A DNA stretch of 32,000 nucleotides from Pyrobaculum aerophilum str. IM2 (GTDB lineage: Archaea > Thermoproteota > Thermoprotei > Thermoproteales > Thermoproteaceae), in the NCBI RefSeq assembly GCF_000007225.1, contig NC_003364.1, positions 300,001 to 332,000 on the forward strand, read 5' to 3'. The position numbers and the translations under genes were made by a program. Of this stretch, positions 15,403 to 23,298 are shown piece by piece. Below the pieces are notes generated by a model. It was given only the letters and a program-made list of their open reading frames with translations. It was not told where the DNA came from and ran no database searches. How positions within the stretch are numbered: position 1 is the first letter of the stretch; the number at the start of each line of letters is the position of its first letter.

Positions 15403-16041
15403 CTACTTAGCGCCGCGCCTTAACGCATTTAGCGCCGTCCACACGGCGTTTTTAATTGTCGACTCTTCGGCGACGATGTGCCGCACCCCCAGCTCTTTAA
15501 GCTTCTCCGAAGTGACCCTTCCAATTGCAACCACGACCTTGCCGCCGAGATCTGCCCGCCGGGCGACGGCCTCTGCCACTGTAGAACTTGTGAGGACCAC
15601 GGTCTTAGCGCTTTCAATTAACCTCGTAGCTTCTTTTAATTTCCCCTCGTCAATATATATATCGTACACCGGCACTTCAATAACCTCCGGCATTAAAGAT
15701 CGCAAAACTTCATTACCGGCGCTGGAGCGCAAGACCACTACTCTGCCAGGCGCCATTTCTTTCAAAAGGCGGGCTATTCCAAAACTCGTGAACTCTCTCG
15801 GCACTACACAGCCGCCGACTCTCTCGGCGGTAGAGGGGCCCACGCATATAATGCACTTAAACCTCTTCTTCAACTCCGCGAGATTAACTACGTCGGCCAC
15901 CACGGGACTCATCACCACTAGGTAATCTCCGTCGGGCACTACGACGTTTTTCCGGAGCTCGACCCAGCCAATAGAAATACACGTTGCCCCCTCCGGGCAA
16001 GGCCCCTCTTTAAGCCTAACCACTACAACCTCCGCTTCCAT
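15403..16041 (-). CDS. hemD: uroporphyrinogen-III synthase
   Basis: 212 aa, short HemD-like two-lobe pattern (SPVVADVV..., VLTSSTVAEAV..., IGRVTSEKLKELG). It sits between SUMT and sirC and overlaps cobA by 19 nt. Confidence 0.75.
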   Translation of the reverse strand: MEAEVVVVRLKEGPCPEGATCISIGWVELRKNVVVPDGDYLVVMSPVVADVVNLAELKKRFKCIICVGPSTAERVGGCVVPREFTSFGIARLLKEMAPGRVVVLRSSAGNEVLRSLMPEVIEVPVYDIYIDEGKLKEATRLIESAKTVVLTSSTVAEAVARRADLGGKVVVAIGRVTSEKLKELGVRHIVAEESTIKNAVWTALNALRRGAK

Positions 16042-16748
16042 AGGTCTACTCCTCTCTTTACCACCTCGCCCACAACGATTATGCTCGGATTCGGCACGGC
16101 GGAGAGCCCGCCAAGCGTAGTTACTATAAACTCCTCGTCGGGGAAGAAGGCGGATTTTATAACAGCTACGGGCGTATTAGGCGATAGGCCTCCGGCAATT
16201 AGCTCCCTCGCCACGTCTCCAGCAACGGAGGCTCCCATATATATAATTATGGTGTCTACCGCCGAGGCCAGTTTTTTAAAATCCACTTGGCGCGTCCCCT
16301 TGGAGGGATCCTCTCTCCCCGTGACTAAAGCCACGGAGCTGGCAACGCCTCTCAGCACGGGGGGTATGTAGTATTTAGCAGGAGCCGCCAAGCCGCTGGT
16401 AACGCCTGGGACTATCTCGCAGGGAATGCCCCTCTCCACGAGGTATTTACACTCCTCAAACCCCCTCCCAAACACCAAGGGATCGCCGCCGTGTAGCCTT
16501 ACTACAATGTCGTAACTCGTGGCGTAGCTCAACAACATTTTGTTAATCTCCTCCTGGCTCGGCCCGACGCCGCCTGGGCTTTTACCTACGTCTATAATCA
16601 AAGCGCCGGGCTTCGCCGCCTTTAAAAGCTCTCTTGAGACAAGCCTGTCGTGAAGAATAACGTCGGCTCTCTCAATAAGCCGCAAGCCCTTTACTGTAAT
16701 GAGCTCCGGATCCCCCGGCCCAGCCCCCACGATATAGACTGACCCCAC
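16023..16748 (-). CDS. cobA: uroporphyrinogen-III C-methyltransferase (SUMT)
   Basis: VYIVGAGPGDPELITVKGLRLIERADVILHD, RLHGGDPLVFGRG and PGVTS motifs. GTG start. Confidence 0.93.
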   Translation of the reverse strand: MGSVYIVGAGPGDPELITVKGLRLIERADVILHDRLVSRELLKAAKPGALIIDVGKSPGGVGPSQEEINKMLLSYATSYDIVVRLHGGDPLVFGRGFEECKYLVERGIPCEIVPGVTSGLAAPAKYYIPPVLRGVASSVALVTGREDPSKGTRQVDFKKLASAVDTIIIYMGASVAGDVARELIAGGLSPNTPVAVIKSAFFPDEEFIVTTLGGLSAVPNPSIIVVGEVVKRGVDLWKRRL

Positions 16749-16763
16749 AGAGGCCCCTGATCG

Positions 16764-16780
16764 CTAAAATAAATCTTAAG
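16764..16780 (-). promoter_or_regulatory. TATA-like box of the cobA-hemD unit
   Basis: CTAAAATAAATCTTAAG is centred about 23 nt upstream of GTG 16748. Confidence 0.4.
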
Positions 16781-16902
16781 CCCTTTTAGTTAGTGCCAAC
16801 ACGTGCGAGCTGCCGGGAATGCTGAAAACGGCCGTAGCTGAGGCGGAAACCGCATTGTGACGGCGGTAAAAAACGCAACTCTGCCGGCATATGCTCCAGA
16901 CG

Positions 16903-16918
16903 AATATTTTTTAATAAC
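16903..16918 (+). promoter_or_regulatory. TATA-like box of the hemL-radical SAM unit
   Basis: AATATTTTTTAATAAC is centred about 24 nt upstream of GTG 16934. Confidence 0.4.
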
Positions 16919-16933
16919 CACTACCACTGACGT

Positions 16934-18205
16934 GTGCTCTTTGAGAGAGCCAAGTCTGTGTTTCCCGGCGGAGTCAACTCGCCGGCCCGCGCCCTTAAAC
17001 ACTTACCGTCGCCTCTAGTGGCCAAGGCCGCCTCAGGGGCTTATTTATACACAGACCGCGGAAAGCTTGTCGACTACTGCATGGCCTTCGGCGCCATAAT
17101 CCTCGGGCACGCCCACCCCCGGGTGAAAAAAGCAGTAGAGGAGCAGTTAGAAAAGGGGTGGATATACGCCTTGCTGACAGAGCAGGAGGTGGAATTCGCC
17201 GAGAGAATTAGGCGCCACATGCCCTCTGTGGAGAAAATGCGTATTGTAAACACGGGCACTGAGGCCACTATGAGCGCAATTAGAGCGGCACGCGGTTATA
17301 CAAAACGCGACGTAATTATAAAATTTGAGGGAAATTTCCACGGCTCGCACGACTACGTTTTAGTTAAGGCCGGCTCCGGGGCGGCCACTTGGGGGATTCC
17401 CACCAGCGCCGGCATTCCTCAAGAAGTAGCTAGGCTAACTGTAGTCGTCCCGTATAACGACATAGACGCCTTTATTAAAGCAGTGAGGGAAGTGGGGGAT
17501 AGGCTAGCCGCCGTAATTGTAGAGCCTGTGGCCGGGAATTACGGCCTTATAATTCCCGATGTGGAGTTCTTAAAGGCCCTCAGGGAGGAGACGCAACGGG
17601 CAGGGGCGTTGTTAATTTTTGACGAAGTGATAACGGGGTTTAGAGTGGGGCTGGGCGGGGCGCAGGGGCTTTTCGGCATTAGGCCGGACCTCACCACACT
17701 GGGAAAGGTAGTAGGCGGGGGGTTTCCCATTGGCATATTCGGAGGGAGGGGCGAAGTAATGGATTTAGTCGCCCCCAGCGGCCCCGTGTACAACGCCGGC
17801 ACTTACAACGCCCACCCCGTATCAATTGCAGCCGGTCTCGCCGTGTTAAAAGAGCTAGAGACGGGCGAGCCGTACCGTATTGCAAACGAGGCCGCCGAGA
17901 GGCTGGCTAAGGGCGTAGAGGACGTGGCGGGGAGGCTTGGATTCGATGTAGTTGTAAAACGCATGGCGTCGATGTTCCAATTCTATTTCAAAAAAGGAGA
18001 TGTAAAAACGCCGCAAGACGTCAGAGAAAGCAACGAGAAGATGTATTTAAAACTACACGAAATTGCCTTAAAACACGGCGTATATCTAACGCCATCGCAA
18101 TACGAGGTCAATTTCACCTCGGCTGCCCACGGCAGAGAAGTAGTTGAGGAGACGCTGGCGGCTCTGGAGAAATCATTTCAAGAATTACAACGGGAAATCG
18201 GATAG
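16934..18205 (+). CDS. hemL: glutamate-1-semialdehyde 2,1-aminomutase
   Basis: LFERAKSVFPGGVNSPARA, NTGTEATMSAIRAARGYT, IFDEVITGFR and LGKVVGGGFP (PLP Lys). Confidence 0.95.
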   Translation: MLFERAKSVFPGGVNSPARALKHLPSPLVAKAASGAYLYTDRGKLVDYCMAFGAIILGHAHPRVKKAVEEQLEKGWIYALLTEQEVEFAERIRRHMPSVEKMRIVNTGTEATMSAIRAARGYTKRDVIIKFEGNFHGSHDYVLVKAGSGAATWGIPTSAGIPQEVARLTVVVPYNDIDAFIKAVREVGDRLAAVIVEPVAGNYGLIIPDVEFLKALREETQRAGALLIFDEVITGFRVGLGGAQGLFGIRPDLTTLGKVVGGGFPIGIFGGRGEVMDLVAPSGPVYNAGTYNAHPVSIAAGLAVLKELETGEPYRIANEAAERLAKGVEDVAGRLGFDVVVKRMASMFQFYFKKGDVKTPQDVRESNEKMYLKLHEIALKHGVYLTPSQYEVNFTSAAHGREVVEETLAALEKSFQELQREIG

Positions 18206-18208
18206 AAC

Positions 18209-19327
18209 ATGCGCAATGTACAGGAATTGATAAGGAGATTCCACGAGGCCCCCCTTCTCGTCTTCTGGGAGAGCACTAAGGCGTGCCCCCTCGCCTGTAA
18301 ACACTGCAGGGCAGACGCCATTTTAAAGCCCCTCCCCGGCGAGTTGACAACGCAAGAGGGGAAACGCCTTATTGAACAAGTGGCCGAGTTCGGCGATCCC
18401 AAGCCCCTCCTCATAATAACTGGCGGCGATCCCCTAATGAGGTCGGATTTATTTGAGCTAATTGACTACGCCAACTCGCTTTCAGTCCCGGTGTCTCTGG
18501 CGCCGGCAGTTTCGCCGAATTTAAACACAGAGACGTTGAAGTTAATAAAAGAAAGCGGCGTGAAGTCTATTTCAATTAGTCTCGACGGGGCTAGGCCGGA
18601 GACTCACGACGAAATTAGGGGGGTACCGGGGAGTTATAAAGAGACTGTAAACGCGATAAAAACAGCGGTGGAGCTCGGCGTCTCAGTACAGGTAAACACA
18701 GTGGTGTGGAGGAAGTCCCTCGCAGAACTGCCCGAGGTTGCCTATTTGTTAAAAAATCTGGGCGTAAAGGTGTGGGAGGTGTTTTTCCTAATCGTCACCG
18801 GGAGGGCCAAGGAGGAGTTAGACATAACGCCGGAGGAGTACGAAGCCGCTGTCCAATTCCTAGTTGACGTCTCTACATACGGCTTTCAAGTGAGAACTGT
18901 CGAGGCGCCGTTTTACCGCCGCGCCAAGTTAGAGAGGCTGAAGGGAAGGGAGTTCGGCCACCCGCTCTACAACCAGCTAGTGGAGAGGCTGAGAAATCTC
19001 ATGGGGCCCCCTGTCAGAGCCGTAGACCCCACCATAGTGCCCACTAGAGACGGCTTTGGCATAATTTTCATCGCGTACGACGGCACTGTGCACCCGTCGG
19101 GCTTCCTGCCCTACCCCCTGGGCAACGTAAGGAAACAAAGCCTAGTCAAAATATATCGAGAACACCCCCTCCTCTTAAAAATGCGGAGGGGAGAATTCGG
19201 CGGCAGGTGCGGAGTATGTGAGTACAAGGACATATGCGGAGGGTCGAGGGCAAGAGCCTTTGCATATTTCAAAGATCCACTAGCCGAAGACCCAGCGTGC
19301 GTCTACAAACCTCACCGAAACCTATAG
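18209..19327 (+). CDS. radical SAM/SPASM enzyme of the AhbC/AhbD family, tentatively AhbD-like (haem b synthase)
   Basis: FWESTKACPLACKHCRA (CX3CX2C close to the N-terminus), the GGDPL motif, and the C-terminal motif CGVCEYKDIC-x20-C. The start is 3 nt after the hemL stop. Confidence 0.85.
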   Translation: MRNVQELIRRFHEAPLLVFWESTKACPLACKHCRADAILKPLPGELTTQEGKRLIEQVAEFGDPKPLLIITGGDPLMRSDLFELIDYANSLSVPVSLAPAVSPNLNTETLKLIKESGVKSISISLDGARPETHDEIRGVPGSYKETVNAIKTAVELGVSVQVNTVVWRKSLAELPEVAYLLKNLGVKVWEVFFLIVTGRAKEELDITPEEYEAAVQFLVDVSTYGFQVRTVEAPFYRRAKLERLKGREFGHPLYNQLVERLRNLMGPPVRAVDPTIVPTRDGFGIIFIAYDGTVHPSGFLPYPLGNVRKQSLVKIYREHPLLLKMRRGEFGGRCGVCEYKDICGGSRARAFAYFKDPLAEDPACVYKPHRNL

Positions 19328-19682
19328 GGAGCTTTTTGTAAGCCGGCGGGTAAGTTGGCATCAGCTATTCGTCTAAGAGGGCGTTTAAACAGCCTTTAAC
19401 AACCGCCAAGAGCAGCCGCAATCTCACACCACTCAGCGGATCGCCGATACCGCCCTATACGATAGCTCCACGCGTTTTAGCGTGATGTTAAAATGCGTAA
19501 TTGCGGCGGTCATGCGGTGACGTGCGTAGCGGCAAAACAATGCAGTACAGCGACTCACAGCCAAAAGACGTGCGCTGGCTGGGAAAGGGCGGTGTAGACT
19601 CCTAGCGGCGCTGGGCTGCCAGTGACCGCGAAAAGAGGGGGTAAATGCTAAAAGTATTTATACTCCACCTGAATGCCAGTAC

Positions 19683-19928
19683 GTGAAGCTCTGTCCTATT
19701 TGTGGCATAGAGCTTAGGCCGCGTGTAGTATACGACATTGAAATTGATCAGTGCCCCCGATGCGGCGGCGTTTGGCTGGACGGCGGCGAGTTGAATAAAC
19801 TCCTCACAAAAGTGAGAGAGTACCGCGACGAGTATTACAGCTATGAGGAATTCAGGGCATGGGAGGAGGAGTATAAGCGGAGGAAAAAGAAAGGAGTATT
19901 TGAATTCTTTGAGGAGCTATTTGACTAA
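19683..19928 (+). CDS. TFIIB-type zinc-ribbon protein (zf-TFIIB/PF13453-like)
   Basis: CPICG...CPRCGGVWLDGGELNKLL, followed by a charged tail ending KKKGVFEFFEELFD, as I remember for this family. GTG start, with A/T box CTAAAAGTATTTATACT at 19648-19664. Confidence 0.75.
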   Translation: MKLCPICGIELRPRVVYDIEIDQCPRCGGVWLDGGELNKLLTKVREYRDEYYSYEEFRAWEEEYKRRKKKGVFEFFEELFD

Positions 19929-19957
19929 AACATATAAGGGAAGATCGCGTACCTGTC

Positions 19958-20539
19958 ATGATTGTTTTGATTTTCCACGGCTCCCGCGATCCTGACCATA
20001 ACAGACAAGCGGCGGAGCTCGCAAGAGCGGTCGGCGCCGACTACGCCTTTATGGAGACAGAGCCCAAGTTCAGAGGGGGGTTGGGCGTCCCCATGTTCGT
20101 CGCCGACGGGGCCGATTATAGACGGGCCCTTGAAATCGCCACTGTGAAAGCCCCGCCGCTAGTCAAGTGGCCGGGATTTGCAGAATATCTCAGAGGCCTC
20201 GGGGCCGAGCTGTACATCTTCCACGGGCCGGACCGCGGCGACGTTGCGTCTCTGGGACTCCCCGTCGCCTTTATAGAGGGGGAGCCGAATCTTGATAAAG
20301 CGCCGTGTGTAGAAGTAGCGGCGCCGGTGGTGATCACCAGAGGGCATATCTACAAGTTAATTCAGGCGAAGTATAGTAGGTGTCCCGCTCGCCTTATGCC
20401 CCCTCTCGCCGAGCAGCCAAAATTCGTTGAATATCTGAGGAAGACTCTTCCCCTTGTGGTTCAGAGGTTTCAAAACGCCGAAGTGATGAGAGATGAAGAA
20501 TTAACAAAATTTCCGAGTAACTACGCCGCATCTGAATAA
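19958..20539 (+). CDS. CbiX/SirB-like sirohydrochlorin chelatase, single chain with internal duplication
   Basis: Two homologous halves: LIFHGSRDP...VPMFVADGADY...PPLVKWPGFAEYLR and LYIFHGPDRG...APVVITRGHIY...PPLAEQPKFVEYLR. The class-II chelatase motifs HGS and P-x-F/V-x-x-x-G-x-H are present. Confidence 0.7.
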   Translation: MIVLIFHGSRDPDHNRQAAELARAVGADYAFMETEPKFRGGLGVPMFVADGADYRRALEIATVKAPPLVKWPGFAEYLRGLGAELYIFHGPDRGDVASLGLPVAFIEGEPNLDKAPCVEVAAPVVITRGHIYKLIQAKYSRCPARLMPPLAEQPKFVEYLRKTLPLVVQRFQNAEVMRDEELTKFPSNYAASE

Positions 20540-20577
20540 AGCCGCAAAACTTTAATACTGCCCAGTGATTAGGAAGA

Positions 20578-20651
20578 GGGGCCGTAGTCTAGCCTGGTAG
20601 GATGCGCGGTTCGGGTCCGCGTGATCCCGGGTTCAAATCCCGGCGGCCCCA
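20578..20651 (+). tRNA. tRNA-Pro (anticodon CGG), no encoded CCA
   Basis: Acceptor stem GGGGCCG/CGGCCCC, anticodon stem CGCGG/CCGCG with loop UUCGGGU, T arm CCGGG-UUCAAAU-CCCGG, discriminator A. Confidence 0.95.
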
Positions 20652-20748
20652 TTCTTAACTCTAGTACAATTGCCGCAGATCCTTTAGGAATTTTTCAGAA
20701 CTTATTTCTATTTTAAATTTCATTCTTAACTCAATTCTAAGAAATACC

Positions 20749-20775
20749 ATTAACAATGTTAATACTTAAAAATTC
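20749..20775 (+). promoter_or_regulatory. inverted repeat ATTAACA-A-TGTTAAT abutting the TATA-like box of the ZIP gene
   Basis: A 7-1-7 perfect inverted repeat at 20749-20763 is followed directly by ACTTAAAAATTC (20764-20775), which lies about 23 nt upstream of ATG 20793. Confidence 0.4.
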
Positions 20776-20792
20776 ATATTGTCTCCTTACCC

Positions 20793-21581
20793 ATGGAGAA
20801 CTTAATACCGCTGTTATACGGGTTCTTGGCTGGCGTAACTGTGTTAATAGGGGCAGTGGCGATGTATAAAGCTAGGGAGAAATTAAAGCCCGGCCATCTT
20901 GGCGTTTTACAAGCAATTGCAGGCGGGATTCTGGCCTATTTAGCCCTGGAGACAAGGCACGGAGCAGCTGAATATGTTGAAAGCTTGGCTAAGCCCGAGA
21001 CGTTTCCCGACTTTGTAACGGCCTCTATTATCACGACAGCGGCCTTTGTAATTACTTTCTTGGCTTTAGCCAAGGGCGAGAGGCTGGGGCTGAGGGCTGG
21101 CATGTCTCCTACTTACGCCACGGCCTTTGTCATAGCGCTGGCCTTAGGAGTGCACAACGTAGGCGAGGGCTTCGCCATCGCCGCCAGCCTTCTGGCCGGG
21201 GCGTTGGCCTCTGCCGTGCTGTTCACTATGGGCTTCGCCATACATAACGCCACTGAGGGATTTGCCATTGTAGGCCCTCTGCTGGGGGATAGAAACGCAA
21301 GGCCCTCGCTGACTTATATAACAGCGCTTTCAATGCTGGCCGGACTGCCCGTCATTCCGGGAGTCGCTGTATATTACGCCGGTTTTAACAACGCGTTGTT
21401 TATAGCTGTTTTAAACACAGTGGCAAACGCGTCTATAGTATATGCGCTGTTGCACGTAAACCTCAACGCCCTCTCAAAGCTTGGAGGCCTTACAAGCTAT
21501 AAGTTCTGGGCGTCATTAACAGCGGGAGTCGCCATAGCCTTTTCCACAGAGAGTATTCTACTCTTCGCTCTGCCGGAGTAA
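20793..21581 (+). CDS. ZIP-family divalent metal (Zn/Fe) permease
   Basis: [10 protein letters not shown] and [10 protein letters not shown] signature helices. About 8 TM segments, 262 aa. Confidence 0.85.
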   Translation: MENLIPLLYGFLAGVTVLIGAVAMYKAREKLKPGHLGVLQAIAGGILAYLALETRHGAAEYVESLAKPETFPDFVTASIITTAAFVITFLALAKGERLGLRAGMSPTYATAFVIALALGVHNVGEGFAIAASLLAGALASAVLFTMGFAIHNATEGFAIVGPLLGDRNARPSLTYITALSMLAGLPVIPGVAVYYAGFNNALFIAVLNTVANASIVYALLHVNLNALSKLGGLTSYKFWASLTAGVAIAFSTESILLFALPE

Positions 21582-22751
21582 TGGCTTTTGACTCCGGAGT
21601 ATTTCCACCACTTTAACCGCGTCTTCTAGCCGCCCGTCTTCAGCCATCTTTTTTAAAACCTCAATTATGGGAAACAACGTCCTCTTCACAGTGGTTCTCG
21701 CCGCTAATACAGCCGTAGGGCAACCGGCCCTTTTCCCCTCCTCCTCAGCAACTTCCATGGCCTTTTCCAATAAGTGGGAAACAGCCTCTTCGATATACCT
21801 CCTCGCCAGTATTTGGGGGAGTTTGGCGAGCTCCTCCTCTACAATGGCCTCAGCCCTCGCGGCCTCTTGCTTACGGGCTTCGCTGTACTTCTCCGCGAGC
21901 TGTTTTAAGTCGGAAAGCCGTACTACCCTCACCGGCAGTCCCGGGGCCACTGTCTGGGGGACTCCCAAGTCGACAATTATCTTTACGACTGCGCCGTCTG
22001 GAACTCTGTCTATTACGTACTCCAGTGAGTGGACAGAGGAGAAGACAACGTCGCACTCCATGAGGCACTTCTGAACCTCTTCCCTCGTCAAAGGCCTCGC
22101 CTCGGCGCCTAATTTATTAGCTATCTCAACTGCCTTTTCTAAAGTCCTGTTTAAAATATAAAGCTTGGCCACGCCCCGCTCCGCCAGCTCTTTGGCGAGC
22201 CCCGCGCCCACTGCCCCAGCGCCCAGAACTGCGACTTTCGACTTTGTCAAATCCAAGAGCTGAGACACGTAGATAATCGATAGGCTACCCAGCCCCGCCG
22301 GCCCTCTGGAAATCCCAGTCTCCGCCCTGACTCTCTTCCCCGCCCTAATTGCCCTCTCAACTATAGTTTTTAAAAGCCCCTTAGTGAAGCCGGCTTTAAC
22401 TTGCCTATCAAAGGCCTCTTCCACTTGGCCCAGGATGTCGGTCTCTCCTATAAGCATGGACTCAAGACCTGCGGCCACGCGGAATAAATGCCTAGCGGCC
22501 TCAACTCCCCTTACAACGCGTATGGACTCCGCATAGCGCCTGTAACGCAACGTTACGGAGTTTATTTCCTCCTCAGAGGCGTTGTAGAGATACGCCTCTA
22601 CCCGGCCACATGTGTGGAGGACAAACATCGGCCTCTTGACGCCCAGTATCTCAATACACTTCTTCATCTCCTCCCCCACTCTGCCGAGGGTATCGGCATC
22701 TACTTCTCTGTACGTTAAAATGACAGCGGCAAGAGGGGCTAAGAGATCCAT
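21558..22751 (-). CDS. hemA: glutamyl-tRNA reductase
   Basis: [11 protein letters not shown] (catalytic Cys), [14 protein letters not shown] and the NADPH-binding [10 protein letters not shown]. An A/T box CCTTATTTAAACG lies about 25 nt upstream of ATG 22751. Confidence 0.93.
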   Translation of the reverse strand: MDLLAPLAAVILTYREVDADTLGRVGEEMKKCIEILGVKRPMFVLHTCGRVEAYLYNASEEEINSVTLRYRRYAESIRVVRGVEAARHLFRVAAGLESMLIGETDILGQVEEAFDRQVKAGFTKGLLKTIVERAIRAGKRVRAETGISRGPAGLGSLSIIYVSQLLDLTKSKVAVLGAGAVGAGLAKELAERGVAKLYILNRTLEKAVEIANKLGAEARPLTREEVQKCLMECDVVFSSVHSLEYVIDRVPDGAVVKIIVDLGVPQTVAPGLPVRVVRLSDLKQLAEKYSEARKQEAARAEAIVEEELAKLPQILARRYIEEAVSHLLEKAMEVAEEEGKRAGCPTAVLAARTTVKRTLFPIIEVLKKMAEDGRLEDAVKVVEILRSQKPLLRQSEE

Positions 22752-23298
22752 TAGGCATTTACAATTGTACCTTATTTAAACGATATTCTACATATATTTG
22801 TTATCACCTCTGTGCGCTGGCCTTAATCCACTCCTGGTACAGCGGTCTTATGTACACGCCGTCTGTCACTGCCCTTACTTAAAACCTCAACCTCATGCTT
22901 CCCCACTTGGATATCGCCTCCCTTTCCATAACAAGGAACGACGCCTCTCTCCCCATCCACTCCCCGTCTCGCCAAAATGCCCTTTTAATGGCCCTCTATG
23001 GGGGCGCCACGCCGAATTCCCTCTTTGCGGCGCTACGCATTTGACACAGCGCGAAACACCCCCTCAAGCCTTTTGGCTACTTTCTGGGGCTAAGCATATA
23101 GTGCAATGCTAGCTAGCGTGCGGTTAGACGACGAAAGAGTCGCCGTTTTAACAACCCTAACGGGCGATGAGACAATAAGGGGGGCAGTACGAGGCTTACC
23201 GCGAAACACCTATACGAGGGAGTGGGCTGGGAGCCTAAGTAGTACGCCGAAGTAACGAAAGGATAGAAAAAACTTAATACTCTGCATTTTCTTCACCC

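Noticed and set aside
15326-15925. Long antisense 'shadow' ORFs over well-supported genes: this one over hemD, and also 7039-7431, 12522-12860, 21667-22074, 29420-29782, 31349-31795, 3086-3379 and 6432-6725
   Set aside because: Each lies opposite a gene with clear family motifs. Their products are Ser/Thr/Pro/Arg-rich low-complexity sequence with no motifs.
20483-20535. GUGAUGA followed 42 nt later by CUGA at the 3' end of the CbiX-like gene, just upstream of tRNA-Pro
   Set aside because: The terminal boxes and total spacing fit. However, no acceptable D'/C' pair with GA dinucleotides exists, there is no terminal stem, and the stretch is ordinary coding sequence. A chance C+D pair is not improbable at the scale of this window.
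20650-20732. A 12-bp direct repeat CATTCTTAACTC, at the 3' end of tRNA-Pro (20650-20661) and again at 20721-20732, considered as att sites of an integrated element
   Set aside because: The repeat includes only the last two tRNA nucleotides. The copies are just 71 bp apart with nothing between them, and no integrase is nearby. It is probably a small local duplication in A/T-rich promoter DNA.
22801-23100. A minus-strand reading (…RAIKRAFWRDGEWMGREASFLVMEREAISKWGSMRLRF*VRAVTDGVYIRPLYQEWIKASAQR*) considered as a decayed pseudogene
   Set aside because: Three stops in about 100 codons is what random sequence gives. No family motif is recognisable, so the protein-like look is subjective.
648-23220. 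The 8-mer TACGAGGG occurs four times on the plus strand (648, 9860, 13418, 23213), mostly in spacers
   Set aside because: About 0.5 copies are expected for any one 8-mer. With 65,536 possible 8-mers, many will reach four copies by chance, and one copy is simply FYEG codons of the PaREP1 remnant.
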